The position numbers and the translations under genes were made by a program. From Felis catus (lineage: Eukaryota), in assembly GCF_018350175.1 (NCBI RefSeq), contig NC_058368.1:231820001-231884000 (forward strand): a DNA stretch of 64,000 nucleotides, given 5' to 3'. Below, in pieces: positions 62,764 through 64,000 of the stretch (positions within the stretch are counted from its first letter, which is position 1; each line of letters begins with the position of its first letter). The notes beneath the pieces are model-generated. The model ran no database searches and had not been told where the DNA came from. It saw nothing but the letters and a program-made list of their open reading frames with translations.

Positions 62764-64000
62764 AGCAGAGTGGTCATTTTCTCCTTTTGGGCATCCATTA
62801 AACTTCAGGCAGTGTGTAAACTGTTCTGAAAAAAGAGTAGGCAATATCTGATCTGAAAGCGAGAGAGACCGCGACCAACGGATAAACAGGAAACTCTATG
62901 GAAATATCCAAGGGAGGAGGCCATCTATGGCCGTGGACCTGGGTGGACGTCGTTAGTGGTTTAAGCTTTCCCGCTTTGTTTTCTCTGTGTAAATACCATG
63001 GAAATGTATATTGATCTTTAAGTAGGAAATCTACAGAGGACTGGCTTAGGAAACATAAAATGGGCAGGATCCTTGCAACCCTTCATCTTCCTTAGGTGTC
63101 AGTTGGATATTTGAGAAGTTACCTGAATTTCTTCAGTCTTGACAATTGGTGAGATGCCATCCTGCTGACCTTCAGGAATTGATGGGGAATGTGTCTTTCA
63201 CCTAAGGAATTAGCTGACTCAAGTCAGGGCCAGTATATCCTCAGAGTACGTGAAAATCTAGACTGAGCACATGTAAATAACCCAGTTGTTACAACATGTA
63301 ATTTAACCATTCCACTGCCAACCACACAACGTGTGATGGTGCTTGGGTAAAACATTTGTGTTACCGTCTTCCACAAATTCAGCTATTTTGGGGAATTTGC
63401 CCATAGTTAATGTTTCTGTGACTGAAACAGAGTGGTTTGGCCTTTGCCAATTGCAGGTCATTTCTGAAGTTTGTGTCTGGTTTCCACAGTTACTGCGTAT
63501 GTTTCTTTTTTCTGTGATGATGCAAATCCTTGCCTCTCTTGACCTTGCTCACCTGTGGCTACCACAAACCATGACCAGAAGGGGAAAAACTCCTTTGTGT
63601 TAGTTTGCTTGCTTTTTCGTGTGTGTGTGTGTGCTCAGTCTGCAAATTCGAGTTGCTATGGTTACAGGACACTAGATTGGAGGGAGTCAGCTCATTGGTA
63701 AGGTGCAGCCCCTAGACTTTTTTGTGACATTATTTTCTTTGTAATGACCTGGGAAAGTAGGCTTTGTAAACTTGAGAGGTTTACCGATGCACAAAAACTG
63801 ACCGTTTCACCGATTGGTTCTATTGTATCCCTTCTATTAGCCAAAGGATTCCCAGTCATTGGTGGGCTAGCCTCATTTGTTGTAGAAATTGATTTTCGTC
63901 AATAGTTTGAAAAAGTGAACCACAACGAGTGACTGTTCTTGGTCACGGTTGCACGCCAGGTTTTATCCCACGGCTTCTCCTCCCTGAAGGTCCACGAGAA

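Overview
Mammalian genomic DNA, almost certainly from a felid (Felis-type Can-SINEs and carnivore L1 3' UTRs). I can support no protein-coding exon. The listed ORFs are explained by repeats, low-complexity DNA or the GC-rich island. The window has a repeat-rich upstream region (1 to ~33 kb), a strong CpG-island promoter (~33.1-35.2 kb) with a probable first exon of an unidentified + strand gene (donor CTG|GTGAGC at 34180/34181), and ~30 kb of probable first intron. Repeats include 24 Can-SINEs (most with visible target-site duplications, several very young), young and ancient L1 pieces, L2/MIR relics, MaLR LTRs including one LTR-internal-LTR copy, a solo ERV1-type LTR with a 4-bp TSD, and hAT/Tigger MITEs. 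The most unusual object is a single insertion at 17569-18134. A 5'-truncated L1 (minus strand) is fused head-to-head to the S-domain of 7SL/SRP RNA (plus strand) inside one TSD pair, and the junctions fit twin priming on a second, non-L1 RNA. Also notable are a minus-strand TATA box plus strong splice donor suggesting a divergent transcript, and intronic candidate promoters/exons. Repeat family names and the 7SL comparison come from recalled consensus sequences, not database searches.
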